From Camelus dromedarius (lineage: Eukaryota), in NCBI RefSeq assembly GCF_036321535.1, contig NC_087447.1, positions 45,198,001 through 45,262,000 of the forward strand: 64,000 nucleotides of DNA. The letters run 5' to 3'. The notes beneath the pieces were generated by a model. That model did not search any database, was not told the DNA's origin, and was given only the letters and a program-made list of their open reading frames with translations. Shown here piece after piece: positions 10,366-23,236 of the stretch (within the stretch, counting starts at the first letter, position 1; each line of letters starts with the position of its first letter). A program made the translations under genes and the position numbers.

Positions 10366-12339
10366 ATGGCCAAAAGTGGAGAGGCCCTGCCTCAGGGCAG
10401 CCCAGGGCCGGTCCAGGACCCCCACCTCATCAAGGTGACAGTGAAGACGCCAAAGGACAAGGAGGATTTCTCAGTTACAGACACTTGCACCATCCAGCAG
10501 CTGAAGGAAGAGATATCACAGCGCTTTAAGGCCCACCCTGATCAGCTGATCCTAATCTTTGCTGGCAAAATCCTCAAGGACCCTGACTCACTGGCCCAGT
10601 GTGGGGTCCGAGATGGCCTCACTGTTCACCTGGTCATCAAAATGCAGCGACGCACCATGGGCACGGAAAGCCCAGCTGCTTCAGTCCCTACCCCAGCCCC
10701 AAGCTCTGGATCACTCCCTCAGCCAAACTCCATTTACCCAACAGATGGGCCACCCACCTTTAGCTTAGGTGTCCTCACTGGCCTCAGTGGGCTAGGCCTG
10801 ACCTCTGGTAGCTTTCCTGACCAGCCAAGCTCACTGCTGTGGCAGCACGTGTCTGTGTCTGAATTTGTGGCTCAGATCATCGACGACCCCTTCATCCAGG
10901 GTCTGCTGTCCAACACAGGCCTGGTGCGCCAGCTGGTTCTTGACAACCCCCATATGCAGCAGCTGATCCAGCACAACCCTGAGATTGGGCATATTCTCAA
11001 CAACCCTGAAATCATGCGGCAGACCTTGGAGTTTCTACGCAACCCTGCCATGATGCAAGAAATGATGCGGAGCCAGGACCGGGCACTCAGCAACCTGGAG
11101 AGCATCCCTGGTGGCTACAATGTGCTCCGTACCATGTACACAGATATCATGGACCCTATGTTTAATGCAGTACAGGAGCAGTTTGGGGGCAATCCCTTTG
11201 CTACCTCCGTGGCTGCTAATGCCAGCAGCAGCAGCCGCCAACCTTCAAGGACAGAGAACTGTGACCCTCTCCCCAACCCCTGGGCTTCCACATACACAGG
11301 GTCAGGCAGCAGGCGAGGCAGAAGGCCTGGGGACCTGAATGTATCTGAAATTAGAAATAGGTTTCCCAACATTCTAGGTAATATAGGGCTCAATGACTAT
11401 TTCCAGCAATTACCCCAGGACCCCCAGTCCCTGGGAACCTATCTGCAGGGGATTGCATCTACTTTCAGCCCAAGCCAAGATCTACCACCACCACCACCAC
11501 CACCACCACCACCACCAGGAAGCCAAGTTCCTCCAACTTCCCCCTTAGGCCAGCCTCTCCCCAGGGAGTCAGTAGCAATCAAGGGAAAGTCGTCCTGCCC
11601 AGCATTCCTGAGATACCCCACAGAGAGCAGTACGAGAAAAGATGGAGGCCAAGGTGGCACAGGGAATGGCTCCACTGGCCACAGCACCAACATATCTGAT
11701 CTTGTCTCTGGGCTGGGGAATGCTGCCAGCAGGGCCCCGTTGGTTCCTTCACCCCCTTCTCCCACAGCAGCTATGGCAGAATTCCCTGAGCACGCCTGGT
11801 TGCCGCCACCAGGTTATCCGAGATCTCTGAGGCCAGCCAGCATGAATCAGACCCCCCAGCTGCAAGACGAGATGTGCTGGCAGCTGCCGCTGCTGCTACA
11901 CCTTCAGGCAGCCATGGCCAACCCTCGTGCCGTGCATGCCCTGCTGCAGATTGAGCAGGGTCTGCAGATCCTGGCTACTGAAGCACCTTGCCTCCTGCTC
12001 TGGTTCATGCCTTGCCTCACAGGTCTGGGAAGCATGGCAGCAGGTACCGAGCCCAGAGAGGGTGCCCTCGTGCCTGAAGATTGCCCTCCAGCCCCAGCTC
12101 CTGAGGTTCCCTCAGCTCCAGGCTCTGTGGAGCTGGGCCTCCATTCCAGTCCCTTCCTCCAGATGTTGCAAGCCCTCACTGGCTCCCATCCCCAGCAGCG
12201 GCAGCCCGAGACTCACTTCCGGGTACAGCTTGAGCAACTGCGGGCCATGGGCTTTCTGAATCCTGAAGCCAATCTCCAGGCCCTCATTGCCACAGAGGGT
12301 GACGTGGATGCTGCTGTGGAGAAGCTGAGGCATTTGTAG
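10366..12339 (+). CDS. UBQLN3: Ubiquilin-3, 657 aa
   Basis: Kozak ccaccATGg at 10366; [28 protein letters not shown]; [15 protein letters not shown]; STI1-type [24 protein letters not shown]; [30 protein letters not shown]. Confidence 0.96.
   Translation: MAKSGEALPQGSPGPVQDPHLIKVTVKTPKDKEDFSVTDTCTIQQLKEEISQRFKAHPDQLILIFAGKILKDPDSLAQCGVRDGLTVHLVIKMQRRTMGTESPAASVPTPAPSSGSLPQPNSIYPTDGPPTFSLGVLTGLSGLGLTSGSFPDQPSSLLWQHVSVSEFVAQIIDDPFIQGLLSNTGLVRQLVLDNPHMQQLIQHNPEIGHILNNPEIMRQTLEFLRNPAMMQEMMRSQDRALSNLESIPGGYNVLRTMYTDIMDPMFNAVQEQFGGNPFATSVAANASSSSRQPSRTENCDPLPNPWASTYTGSGSRRGRRPGDLNVSEIRNRFPNILGNIGLNDYFQQLPQDPQSLGTYLQGIASTFSPSQDLPPPPPPPPPPPGSQVPPTSPLGQPLPRESVAIKGKSSCPAFLRYPTESSTRKDGGQGGTGNGSTGHSTNISDLVSGLGNAASRAPLVPSPPSPTAAMAEFPEHAWLPPPGYPRSLRPASMNQTPQLQDEMCWQLPLLLHLQAAMANPRAVHALLQIEQGLQILATEAPCLLLWFMPCLTGLGSMAAGTEPREGALVPEDCPPAPAPEVPSAPGSVELGLHSSPFLQMLQALTGSHPQQRQPETHFRVQLEQLRAMGFLNPEANLQALIATEGDVDAAVEKLRHL
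11485..11517 (+). repeat. Coding (CCA)11 microsatellite encoding poly-Pro in UBQLN3
   Basis: 11 uninterrupted in-frame CCA codons. Confidence 0.95.
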
Positions 12340-13199
12340 GAGCCCTGGTCGTTCGGACCGTATCTTCTCCTCTGTGCACCTCTCCCCCCGTGTCCCGCTC
12401 CCTTACCTCCCCGACTCTTGAATGCAGCTGCACTATGAACCAAATTTACTATGATGCTCTTTGCTGTGGAGACAATGTTGTTCCAGAGTCAGTGAGGAGG
12501 AATGAGAGCCAGAACAGGGTGGGGGTGCCATGAGAGACCCAACCGCCCCTGCCGCTGTACCATCGTGGGGCCCCAGTCTGAGCTCTGCTAATGCCTATCC
12601 TGAGATGCAATTACATCCAACCTCCAGCGTCATTTGCTGCCTGAGTCTGATTCTTTGTGGGTTATGAGAAAAAGGGAGGACACAGGAGAAGAGGCGGTGG
12701 TAAGAGCTGCCACTGCGTGGATACGAGGGCTTGGAGGGAAAACTGAAAGATTTGAAGTTAGAAGATTCAGAAGCACGGAGAACAGAGGAGGGTGAGCCGA
12801 GGTCTGCAGCTTTCCTGGTGTCCTTCCAAAGGTCCTCCAGATTTCATGTCCTGTAGGAGTTGTCACCAGCTACTCTGTGTTCTTTGGGGCTCTCTACCAC
12901 TAGCCTGAGTAAAAAGTGGTAAAAATGAAGTAGGTAAAGATTTGAGAGGGGAGGGAAGAGAGTTCCAGCAGAAGAGCCCTTATGTACAAAGGCACGGAGG
13001 GAGGGTGTGCATGCCACACGGGACGTGCTCTCCACATCTCAGATGAACTTCTCATTTGCACTCAGGGATGCTTCCCAAAAGGTTTGAAAGATACTCCTCT
13101 AATATCTCTGCCATAAATACCTGCATGCACTTTTTCCTGGATATTTTAGGGTTTCATTACTTATATTTACTTTTAAATAATAGTTAACGTTATTAAAGG

Positions 13200-14100
13200 T
13201 TTCCTCTAGCCAGGCCCTGTTTTAAGCCCTTTACATCTGAATCCACATCAGTCCTTTAATGCGGGTAAGTATTATTATCCCTACTTTCACATGAGGAACA
13301 CTGAGGCATAGGGAGAGAGGCAGTATGTCACTTAAAGTTATACAGCTCTTGTATATTGCAGGCAGGATTTAAAATTAGACAGTCAACTTCCAGAGTCTAG
13401 ACTCTTAACCACCACACCAAATCAAGTTAACTAATGTTTTCATCCTTACCAATAGAAAGTGAACCCAGAAGAGTAAAGGAATTTTTCTTCCTCCCAGACC
13501 ATCCTATTGCTGGACATTTAGGTAAGCGAAACATCTTAAACGCCGATGACAATAAATCATTGTCCAGGTGTTTCATTGAATCTTCTTTTCTCTTTGTTTC
13601 CACCTCCCTCCTTCCCACCTCCTTTTCCTCCTTCCTACATTTATTTTATTTAGTAACCTGCCGACAGTGGGGTTCTAGCAGCAAATAAGATAAGGTTCCT
13701 GTTCTCATGGAGCTTACAGTCTAGTGAAGGGAGACAGAAAAATAAAATGAGTGACTGGAGAAGAACTATGACAGAAAGATAAGTTCTATGCAGATAATGA
13801 AAACAGACCAATAAGAGAGTGAATGGTTGGGAAGACCTCTGGGAAGAGCTGGTTTGAATGGTTAAGAAGAGTGACCCTTGTAAAGACTAGGTGGTCAAGC
13901 GTTAAAGACTTAGGCCACAGTTAATGCGATGACCTTAGGTGTGGGAAGGCGCCTGGCTGTTCCAGATACAGCAGGGGAGCCAGTGTGGCCAACTTTTGTA
14001 AGAAAGGGGAAACTCAACATCAGGAAGTCAAGGAGACTGGCAGGAATGTGACCATGGGAGGCTTTGTAGCTAGATACCAAGCTTGAATTTTATTCTAATG
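13200..14100. mobile_element. MIR (about 13200-13420) and L2 (about 13690-14100) fragments
   Basis: attattatccctactttcacatgaggaacactgaggc (antisense MIR); cctgttctcatggagcttacagtctagtgaagggagac (antisense L2 3' end). Confidence 0.55.
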
Positions 14101-14307
14101 CTGATATTCCAAACATAGCCTTTGCTACTCCCATCAGCAGCTCTTCTTAGGCTTAATTAAACAGACTCATTATTACAAGCCACCCTTAACACAAATCTAC
14201 TCAGAGTATACAGGAAGGAAACTGCAGCTCACCAACTGGGCAGAATCAGGCATTTCTCATTGTCTGGGAGTCCTTGCAGCATAGCCACCCAAGAGTCATC
14301 TTCTCCC

Positions 14308-14440
14308 NNNNNNNNNNNNNNNNNNNNNNNNNNNNNNNNNNNNNNNNNNNNNNNNNNNNNNNNNNNNNNNNNNNNNNNNNNNNNNNNNNNNNNNNNNNNN
14401 NNNNNNNNNNNNNNNNNNNNNNNNNNNNNNNNNNNNNNNA
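14308..14440. other. N gap (133 nt)
   Basis: Run of N. Confidence 1.
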
Positions 14441-16832
14441 AGGAAAATTCTGACAAAAAACACTGAAACTGCACATGACAGCGATCGCTTCACACCGTTT
14501 GATGCATCTAGTGAAAGTGCAGCTAAGATGGACAAACTTTAACCAGTCTCTGTGCAAAAGATGGAAATGCAATATATTTTCTAGAAATTAGATCTTAAAT
14601 ATAGTGAACTTCAGTTCAAACACATAAAGTCAGTGTTCTACTGCGTCTGGTTGGAGCCCTTAGCCTGACGGTGAGTTTCTGGATATGATGCTTTCTTCAC
14701 CAGTGTGCTTGGAGCTGTCTTTGCTGTCTGCTGCTGAATATGTCCCTGGGGATTCAGTCAGCCCTGACAGACATGTCTGTTCTTTGCACCTCCCCATCCC
14801 GTTATGGACCTGACCACAGAATTTGTCAAAGATTGGCCTTGCCTATGGTATGAACATAATCCTCAGTGGTTTAACAGATGTCTGCTCTGTGCCAGGTACC
14901 ATGGGTGTCACTTTATAAACAAATTCTTCAAAACAAATCTGTGAAGAATCACCATATTATAGATGATAAAGACCAGGCTTAAAAAGGGTAAGTGCTTGTC
15001 AAAGTTATGAAGTGGTGGCTGTGAGATTTAAACCAGGGCTATTGGACCCTAGAGATGCCAAGCTCCCCTTTTTCTTTTTTAATAGTAAAGTTTAATTAAA
15101 TAAATAGTAAGTTAATTATTTTACTTTACTTTACAGTTATAAAAGGAGTATATGTACAGTATAAAATATTCAAATGATGCTAGCCCTTCAGGAGGGATAA
15201 AGTGTGGTTCTTGTAATGAAGAACTCGGTGGACTGTGTGGACCGGACTCCCGCCTTGAGACACAAGTGTAGAAATGGTCTGGGAAGACTATCAGCTCGGG
15301 CAGCAGACGTTTAGACACAAATTGTAGAGCCTGTAGGGGAGATGGTGAAGGGGTGGGTCACCTCAAAGACTATGAGGGGGAAAAAAATACCTGGAACCAT
15401 GAGATATTCAAAGGTGATCACAGATATCTGGAATGTTCTTCAGTGCCTGCTACACATTAATGCACCAGCTAAGGAAAATTCAGAAACATTCATTTGGATA
15501 TCTGATTCTGCTGAGGGCAACCCAAATGGAATGCCCAATGGGAACTGATTCTGGCACTGATATCTGTGTAACAGAAGTTGTCCTGAGGCCCGGACATTAC
15601 TAGGAAAGTCCCACTAGGCTGCTGGCTGCAACCAGCCACGAGGCTCACTCTGGGACATTTACTGGGACTGAAAATGTCTTTTGAACTCAGAAATTACAAC
15701 TTATCAAGGTCTTGATACTGATTGGACGTGGAAGAGAGTCAATTCAAACTAACTGAAATCAGGAATACATATTAATATCTAATCGACGAAGTAGTGTAGA
15801 AAGATCTAGATGTTCATGTTGCCCACATCTACCAGAATCCCCTAGAGGTGGCATTTTAGGCAACTGGATTCTAATTTTACAGTCTTTTGAAATCGTAGAA
15901 TCAGAAAAAGGGGTCAGGTATATAAATGGCAAAAGCCTAAACAACCCCATGTATCCATCTTCACAATAAAAAATATAATTGTTGCAGGGATTAGACAGAC
16001 CTTACTCTTAGGCCTAACCTACCTGGAGCAGTCAGCACCTTAGGGAGTCACTAGTAATCTGCTTTACATCAGAATATGTCCCCTCCCAGGTGATAATTCT
16101 CCTCCTCAAATATACCTTGTATCTAGTAATTGTTAAAGTCGTGAAGACCTAAGGTCAGCCTATTGCTTTCTCATTAATTTCTTTTGTCTCATCTTTGATC
16201 CTGCGGAAGCTGAGAGAGCACCTTTCCCCCCAAGTTCTTGGAGGACATGCTGCTGCTTTCATAGACTGTATGGATGGGTCACCCACCTGGTGGGTGTTAG
16301 AGATGCAAGCCGCCTCAAGATCCCAGTGATGCTGGATGGGCTAATTATACATATCTTTATTCCATTCATATAGAAACAACAACTTGAGACCTTGAACGAG
16401 GCATGGTTGGTATTCAGTAATTTAGTAGAAGACAGGTGACTAGAATTAGCACTTCCTAAGCTAGTTCTTAGACTAATACGTTTTCTCCTGAGCTATATTC
16501 ATTTATCAAACTCAAGTGGTATGATTTTCAACCATGCAAGGGGCTAATGCAAAACATGGTTTTAGACAGGAACATTTAAATGTTTTGTTATTCAAATAAA
16601 ATACTTTTTTCACTTTCAAAATTTAATGCTCTTGAAATATATACATATCAACACTTTCAGAAAGCTTTTTTTCCAATAGTAATCTTGGCTAAGGGTAATT
16701 GAACTATTTATTTTCCTATATAAACAGTGAAGTTTGTTTGAACATTTGAAGTCCAGTTAAAATGTCTCAGCTATTCTGACTGTAAATCAACAACTGTAAT
16801 TGCTCTAGGTCCCATGATAATATCTCTTTGTT

Positions 16833-16955
16833 GGGGGGAGGGTACAGCTCAGTGGTAGAGTGCATGCTTAGCATGCATGAGGTCCTGGGTTCAATCCCTG
16901 GTACCTCCATTAAATAAATAGATAAATAAATAAACCTAACTACCCCCCCCCCCAA
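16833..16955 (+). mobile_element. tRNA-Ala-derived SINE (Vic-1 type)
   Basis: ggggagggtacagctcagtggtagagtgcatgcttagcatgcatgaggtcctgggttcaatccctggtacctcca followed by (TAAA)n and aaacctaac tail shared with the other copies. Confidence 0.92.
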
Positions 16956-17554
16956 AATTGTAGAAACTATGTATATATATACCTTTGTGAATCAGAATGG
17001 TATATTGTAAACTGAACCCTAATATAAACAAACTACATTATACAAGATATGCTTTCTTCTTAGGTTTTGTTAAAGTATCAGTTCTGTAGATGAATGGTTC
17101 CAACTTCACTAGTAAGGTAGGGCATCACTTCTCAAACTGTACTGGGCACAGGGACAATCTGAGGGTGCGCTAAAATGAAAATAACAATTCTGTACATCTG
17201 GGTTCCAGCCTGAGAGTCTACATTTGTAACAAGCTCCCAGCTGAGGCATTACTAAAATCAAATCTCAAAGAAAGCCAACCTCTGGCAGGCGGTAGAGACC
17301 ACTGCCCTTCCCCTAACCAGGTCTGCTTCTCAACTGTGACTTCATTGCTGACATCATCTCCCCTAAGGCTGGCTCTAGAGAAGGGCAGTTGCCACCTCAT
17401 GGGAGCCAGGTGGTGGCAGGGCTACACTGGAAGGCGGTGTCCACAGGACGTGGGTGAGAGGACATCATTGTACACCTACTGGTCCCTGCGTCCAGGTGTA
17501 CTCGGTACTACATCTAGACTTCTTCAGACTCCTGCATTCTGCTCTCGAGGAAAT

Positions 17555-19117
17555 ATGGCACAGGCTAGGGAAGAAGCAGGGGACAGTCAGCTGGTGTCTG
17601 GTCGGGAGCCACCATCACGCATCATCAGAGTGTCTCTCAAGACCCCACAGGACTGCCAGGAATTTATGCTGGCAGAGAACAGCAGCATCCACCACTTTAA
17701 GAAGCAGATCTCCAAACGCCTTCACTGTGACACTGACAGACTGGTGCTCATCTTCACAGGAAAAATCCTCCGGGATCAAGACATACTGAGCCAGCGAGGC
17801 ATCCTTGATGGCACTACGGTCCACTTGGTAGTGAGGACTCGTGTGAAAGGAACTCAGCCCGGTCCCGGTGCTCTGCCAGGCCCCACTGGACACTGTGCCC
17901 ATCGTTCTGAACCATCCACCTCGGAGAGTGCTGGGGTGCTAGCCAGGCTGGGCCGGCTGGCCCAGGGCTCTCCTGATCTGGCAGACCTCCTCGGCCAGCT
18001 AGCTCAACTCCTGATGGTTGCGCCCGAGGCCGTGGTGCAGCTCTCGGAAGACCCTATGGTTCAAGGCCTGGTAAGTGAGAAACTAGCCAATGCCAGCCAT
18101 GTTTCTGAATCCTCAAAGCCAGTACACAAACCCGAGCTGGCTCTTAAGGTTCTGGAAAACTTGCAGAACCCGGCCCAGTCACCGGAACTCCTGCAGGCAG
18201 ACAAGTGGGGACTGGAGGCCTTGAAGGCAGTGCCAGGTGGTGACAATGCCACGCATCCGGTCTGCTCTGATATCCAGCACCTCATGCTCTCCACTCTGGC
18301 CTCACTGGCTGCTTCCAAAGGCCATGGCCCAAGTTCAGAGCCCAGCAGAGGGGGCGCCAATCCTCACAGCAGTACTAACACAACCACCACCATCGTCCCC
18401 ACAGCCGCTGCACCTGCCAGGCCACTGGCACAGGAGGTCAGAGCAGGAGTCATTGCTCAAGTCAGGGGCATGGTCTCAAACCAGGCCAATTCAGGCTGCA
18501 GGACTGGGACGTCGGACTTAAATTCGGGCCAGGATCTTTCCTCCCAGGAGAGCCAACAGCCCATAGGGAAAGCCACACCAGCCAGTCAGCTGAGACCTTC
18601 ACCTTCTGCCTTGTGCAGAGCTCTGCATGTCCTGCAGCAGAATCCAGCTCTGCTGCGCCAGCTGGTGACCGACAGCCCCCTGCGACACCATATGCCACTG
18701 CTTCCCATACTCACCAACCCACAGGCACTTCAGGCATTGATCCAGATAGAAAAGGGCCTGCAGATACTGTCCAGGGAGGTGCCTGGGTTGGGACCTTGTT
18801 TATGGGGTCCAGGTAGACCACATGGGGCTAGAGGAGCTCCTGAAACTAGGGGTGGAGGACAAGGTCACAGAGCAGACCCTGTGCAACCCACACTGGCCGT
18901 TCTTCAGCTCCTCTGTGCACTGGCCCATGCTTGCCCCCAGTCTACCCAGTCTTCCCTGCCCTCGTGCCCCCTCGCTGACAGCTGCTACCAGCAAGAACTG
19001 GAGCATCTGAAGGCCATGGGCTTTGCTAATCGTGATGCCAATCTTCAGGCCCTGGTGGCCACAGGTGGAGACATCCATGCTGCCATTGAGAGGCTGCTGG
19101 GGGTACCAGAGGCCTAG
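17555..19117 (+). CDS. UBQLN5: Ubiquilin-5 (third testis-type ubiquilin), 520 aa
   Basis: Strong-Kozak ATG at 17555 (aaatATGG); [28 protein letters not shown]; shared [19 protein letters not shown] block; [30 protein letters not shown]. Name assigned from its position next to UBQLN3, where mouse Ubqln5 lies. Confidence 0.85.
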   Translation: MAQAREEAGDSQLVSGREPPSRIIRVSLKTPQDCQEFMLAENSSIHHFKKQISKRLHCDTDRLVLIFTGKILRDQDILSQRGILDGTTVHLVVRTRVKGTQPGPGALPGPTGHCAHRSEPSTSESAGVLARLGRLAQGSPDLADLLGQLAQLLMVAPEAVVQLSEDPMVQGLVSEKLANASHVSESSKPVHKPELALKVLENLQNPAQSPELLQADKWGLEALKAVPGGDNATHPVCSDIQHLMLSTLASLAASKGHGPSSEPSRGGANPHSSTNTTTTIVPTAAAPARPLAQEVRAGVIAQVRGMVSNQANSGCRTGTSDLNSGQDLSSQESQQPIGKATPASQLRPSPSALCRALHVLQQNPALLRQLVTDSPLRHHMPLLPILTNPQALQALIQIEKGLQILSREVPGLGPCLWGPGRPHGARGAPETRGGGQGHRADPVQPTLAVLQLLCALAHACPQSTQSSLPSCPLADSCYQQELEHLKAMGFANRDANLQALVATGGDIHAAIERLLGVPEA

Positions 19118-19262
19118 GTCCCTCCAGCTGGTGCCCACAAAGCACCACCCGCAGAGAGGAGAGAGGGAAGGGGAGGGGAAGAAGTAGTTTATTCTGGGAC
19201 TTCCTCCTGCTCTTATTGTGCACACTGGTACAGCCTCCCCTCACTGCCCAAGCCTGTTCTAC

Positions 19263-19268
19263 ATTAAA
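19263..19268 (+). terminator. Probable UBQLN5 poly(A) signal
   Basis: ATTAAA ~145 nt after the stop codon. Confidence 0.5.
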
Positions 19269-22200
19269 AGAAAAAAAGATTGCTTGGACCTCAAATGTGG
19301 TGTCGATCTGGGGGCTGGGTGGGCAAAGAGAACGTTGTTTGGGGGAGGGGTTGATCATGTTATGTGATCTTGAGTCTGGGCTTCACCTATTCTCATACCC
19401 CTGATCTCAGAGGATTTTCTAAATTTGAACATGAGGTAGGGAAATACTGAGCTTTCTTTTCCTTATCTCTACTCCTGCTCAGTTAGCAACCAAGTTCCCC
19501 CATCAACACTACTATCACCACCCCTATTACAACTCTGCAGTGACTCGGAAAAAATCCTGGCTTTTGCTTCCCCGGGAAGTCGTGAATTTCTTCACGGCCT
19601 CTGAAAGCCACTCAGTCTTTGACCATGTTTCTCGGTCTTTAGATCCAGCCTCTCGATGTTGTAGGAAATATGTTTAACTTCCCTCCCAGTTAGGGCTCTT
19701 CCAATATCTGCTTGTGCCAGGATCCTGCTCTTACACGAGGTCCACCTCCACTAATTTGGAAGCTCCATCCTCTCCTCCTCTGCAGGTTTCTTTCCTTTAT
19801 CTACAAAATGTTCGACTCTGCTGCCTATTCAGCTACAGAATTTGATCTTTCTTTTCATCTCTGAATTTCTTGAAAGTGCCTCCCCTTCCATTGGTCACCA
19901 TCCTCTGCAGTCAGGGACTTGTCCCCAGGACAGAGCAGAAGCTTTCTCAAAACTGTTGCCCATTCCTAATCTTCCTAAATGTTTCTACCATACCTGATAC
20001 ACTGACCCTTCTTTAAGCTGCTTAGTTTTATATATTTTCTTATCCATTCTCTTATAAAGTGGTGCTTCCTGAGAGTATGTTACACCAATTCTTTCTCTAG
20101 TCATCCTTCAAAGAGTTTGACCATTTCCTTGGCTCTGGCTTTTAGTCTTATGTTCGCAGTTCCCAAATCTCTGAGTCTATGTGTACTGCTAACCTGTCTG
20201 GGTGTCCCAAAGGAAGCTCTGGCTCAGCATAGCCAAGTATAGATTAGCATCTTTCCACTGGCCCCCCATTTCTTTCCTAAATTCTGTGGTTTCTTTGTCT
20301 TAGTAAAAGTCATTAATCCATTCTTAATCTATCCATTCTCTTCTGTAAACCTCTAATATCAGTGAGGAGACACGTGGTGTAGGTGGATGGAACATTCTTC
20401 AGAGGACCAGTGGCTACATGTAACTATGTAGCAGGATAAAAAGTGATGAGAAAGGAGAGAGCATGTTGATGGAGTTGCTTTAGGGGAAACCAGGGATTAA
20501 AATTCAGAGCCAGACTTGGGTCAATTGAGGTTGGGCTGAGAAATAGCTGAATCTCATGCTTCCTGGGGGCTGGAGAGGACTGATGTCTCTAAGATAGACA
20601 CTGTGACTTAACTGTGTTGTGATGCCCATGAGCCAAGAGACCTGAAGGTTGTGGAGGTCAAGGGCTGTGTATAAAACATCTTTTGGACTCCACTTCCCAG
20701 CAGGGAGCCTGGTACACAGTTTACTCTTCATTTGCCTGTAGCCACCAGAATATTGGTCTGTATTTCTAAGATCAGTGATGCATGCTTGGTCTCTGTGATG
20801 AGGGAGATTCCTGGGGATGGAGTTGGAGCGATGGGCAGGGCAGTATTCTGGGATCCTAGAAGAAAGCTTCACCCTCCTCCATCATGCTGGCTCCAGATAC
20901 CTCAGTGGGGTAACACACCTTGACAATAATGTTAGTAGTCTTCCTGGGGGCTGGACCCTGCTACCTCCAATCTGATAGCAGTTACTGGCTTCTACAAATT
21001 GCTTTCCCCCTCTTGGAACTATTGTATTCTAGCTTTAGGATTACAAAAGAGTCAAAAAAAAAACAACAACAAAAAAAAAAACCGAAGGAGCTCTCAGGAG
21101 TGGAGTAGGAGTAAGCTGCAGAATCCTCTGTCTGTCTGTTACCTGTGGTATACGAAAGCTGAACTTTGGTCAGCAAGAGGAAACTATGGAGAAGAACAGT
21201 CCTGTGCTAGATCCCTATAGGGCATCAGCCCAGTGCATAGGGCACAGCTCAATCCCTGTGCCAAAGTGTCTGCAACTGTGTGGTCCCTGCATCTCATATT
21301 ATCTCTTTAGGCAGGACAAAGGGAGGTGAGATGCTCTTGGAAAATCCAAAATTGGAAAAGAGGGTTGTCTGTGGGAGATCTCTGCTAAAATGTTTTTTCT
21401 ATAATACCAGTGTTGGAGTGAGATTAAAGTTTAGGGAAGGAGGAAGGATGCTGGGCAGAATGGATGGACTGAATCCCACAATGCTCTCTTATACATGCAT
21501 CAATTTGCAGAATAATATACAATGAAAAATGTGGTTAATGAGACATGGTAGAATTATAACCTAAAGTTAGGCTAGTTCACATGGAGGATATCACACAGTC
21601 CTACAGCAATTGTACTGTAGAAAATAGAATGTGATAGCCTTATGCCTGAATTTTCAGTCTTTCATAATGAGAGAAACACAGAGATGAATTATCTCTACTC
21701 AATAGCAACTATTAATCGGATGCCTGCCGGTTGTAGATGTATATCACAAAATCATACACAGTTTCAATCGCAGGCATCTAGTCAGCTCACAGACATTTAT
21801 TCACACACAGAAATATAAAGAAAAATGAAAATATAAATTGTGATAAAATGACTTCAGTTCTTCTTATAGGTAATGTAACTAAAATTCTTGACTGTTTTGC
21901 TTAATATAATATATTTAAGATCTTAAATGTCAGTGTTAGTTTTCACTGGGAGTAAAAAAAAAATGAGAAATTCAGAAAGTGACTCCTTGAAATTTCTTCC
22001 ATGTTGGAGAACCTGAGAGAAACCCAGGGAGCTGGGGAATAATAACAAAGCTAGCAACCATTCTGTAAGCACTAGAAGCCTTTCTCTTTTGAGAGAGTAC
22101 AGCTATTCCTTAGAAATTCCTGAAAGATATGGAGTGTTATTTTCATTTTACAGCTAAAGAAACAGGCTCAGAGGGGTTAAGTGACTTCCCACACACGTGT

Positions 22201-23236
22201 GGTAGAAATTCTAAGCTGGTTTTCACGATACTATCACCCTCATTCTGTGCACCACACAGAGAATCAGATGATGAGAGTGCGGGATTCAAAATGACCATTA
22301 AGGAAACAGAATGTGGTCAGATTACGAAGACTTGAATTCAGATAAGGGTGATGGAAAGGCTTAAAGGTCTGCCCAGAGTGTGGAATCTTATGGAGGGTGG
22401 AACCAACGGATCAGAGTTGATGGTCTGTGGAATAACTTCTTCAGAAGGGGCAATGGGAACAAGACCTAGGGTTGAGCAAAGATGGACAGATATATCAAAG
22501 GGATGATGCAGAAGTCTGGAGTTTGTCAGCTATACAAGGGAGCAGAGGAACAAGAAAAAGATATCTGTTGAATTCATTTAAAAATATATGAAAGAATATA
22601 GTCCAAGAATAAAAGTATAGTCACTAAAGCACTGAGATGTGTCCATCTCCCTGAAGTCTACCTCTGTCTGCCCTGTGTGGAGAATAACGTCTAGTCAGGT
22701 ATTTTCCAACTTGACTCTTTATATTAAAAAAGTGTCTAAGGGTTATGCAATGCTGGACAAGGGAAGTGGACAGGGATGAGCCACCAAGATCACTGACATT
22801 GGAGAGGATATACCTTGTACAGGTAACTCAATTTCTTGGACTGGAGTAAAGTCAAAAGCATCCAGTTCCTCTCACACTGGGCTGCTGATTTTGGTCTTGT
22901 GGGATGATGATTTTATGCCCTAGCCTCTGTCTAAGTGATAGTAGAGAGAAAGGAGGAAAGAGAAAAGAAAAAAAGGGGAGAAAGGAGAAAGAGAAAAGAA
23001 ATAGCAAACATCATCCCCAAAAGAAGATGTTGGGAGAGAAGTTAGACTCTCAGACACACGATATGGTGAAGAGAGGTGGAGGGAGCAGAAGTATTCTTTA
23101 CTGGATAATGTCTGAGAGGTGCCTGTGAGGCATCTTCAGCCATGTAGAAAGAACAGGTCCTTTAACAATGGGGTTTTGTGCTAGTTATTCTTCCCCTTGA
23201 AGTAGTAGCTGCAGTGCCTGCTGACATCAAATAAGG

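Noticed and set aside
16833-16908. Near-perfect tRNA-Ala(AGC)-like sequence (also at 123, 45142, 55466)
   Set aside because: All four copies carry the same downstream tail and three show TSDs; they are SINE heads, not tRNA genes.
4033-19358. Numerous short antisense and alternative-frame ORFs over the ubiquilin genes and ORs
   Set aside because: Expected shadow ORFs of GC-rich coding DNA with no independent support.
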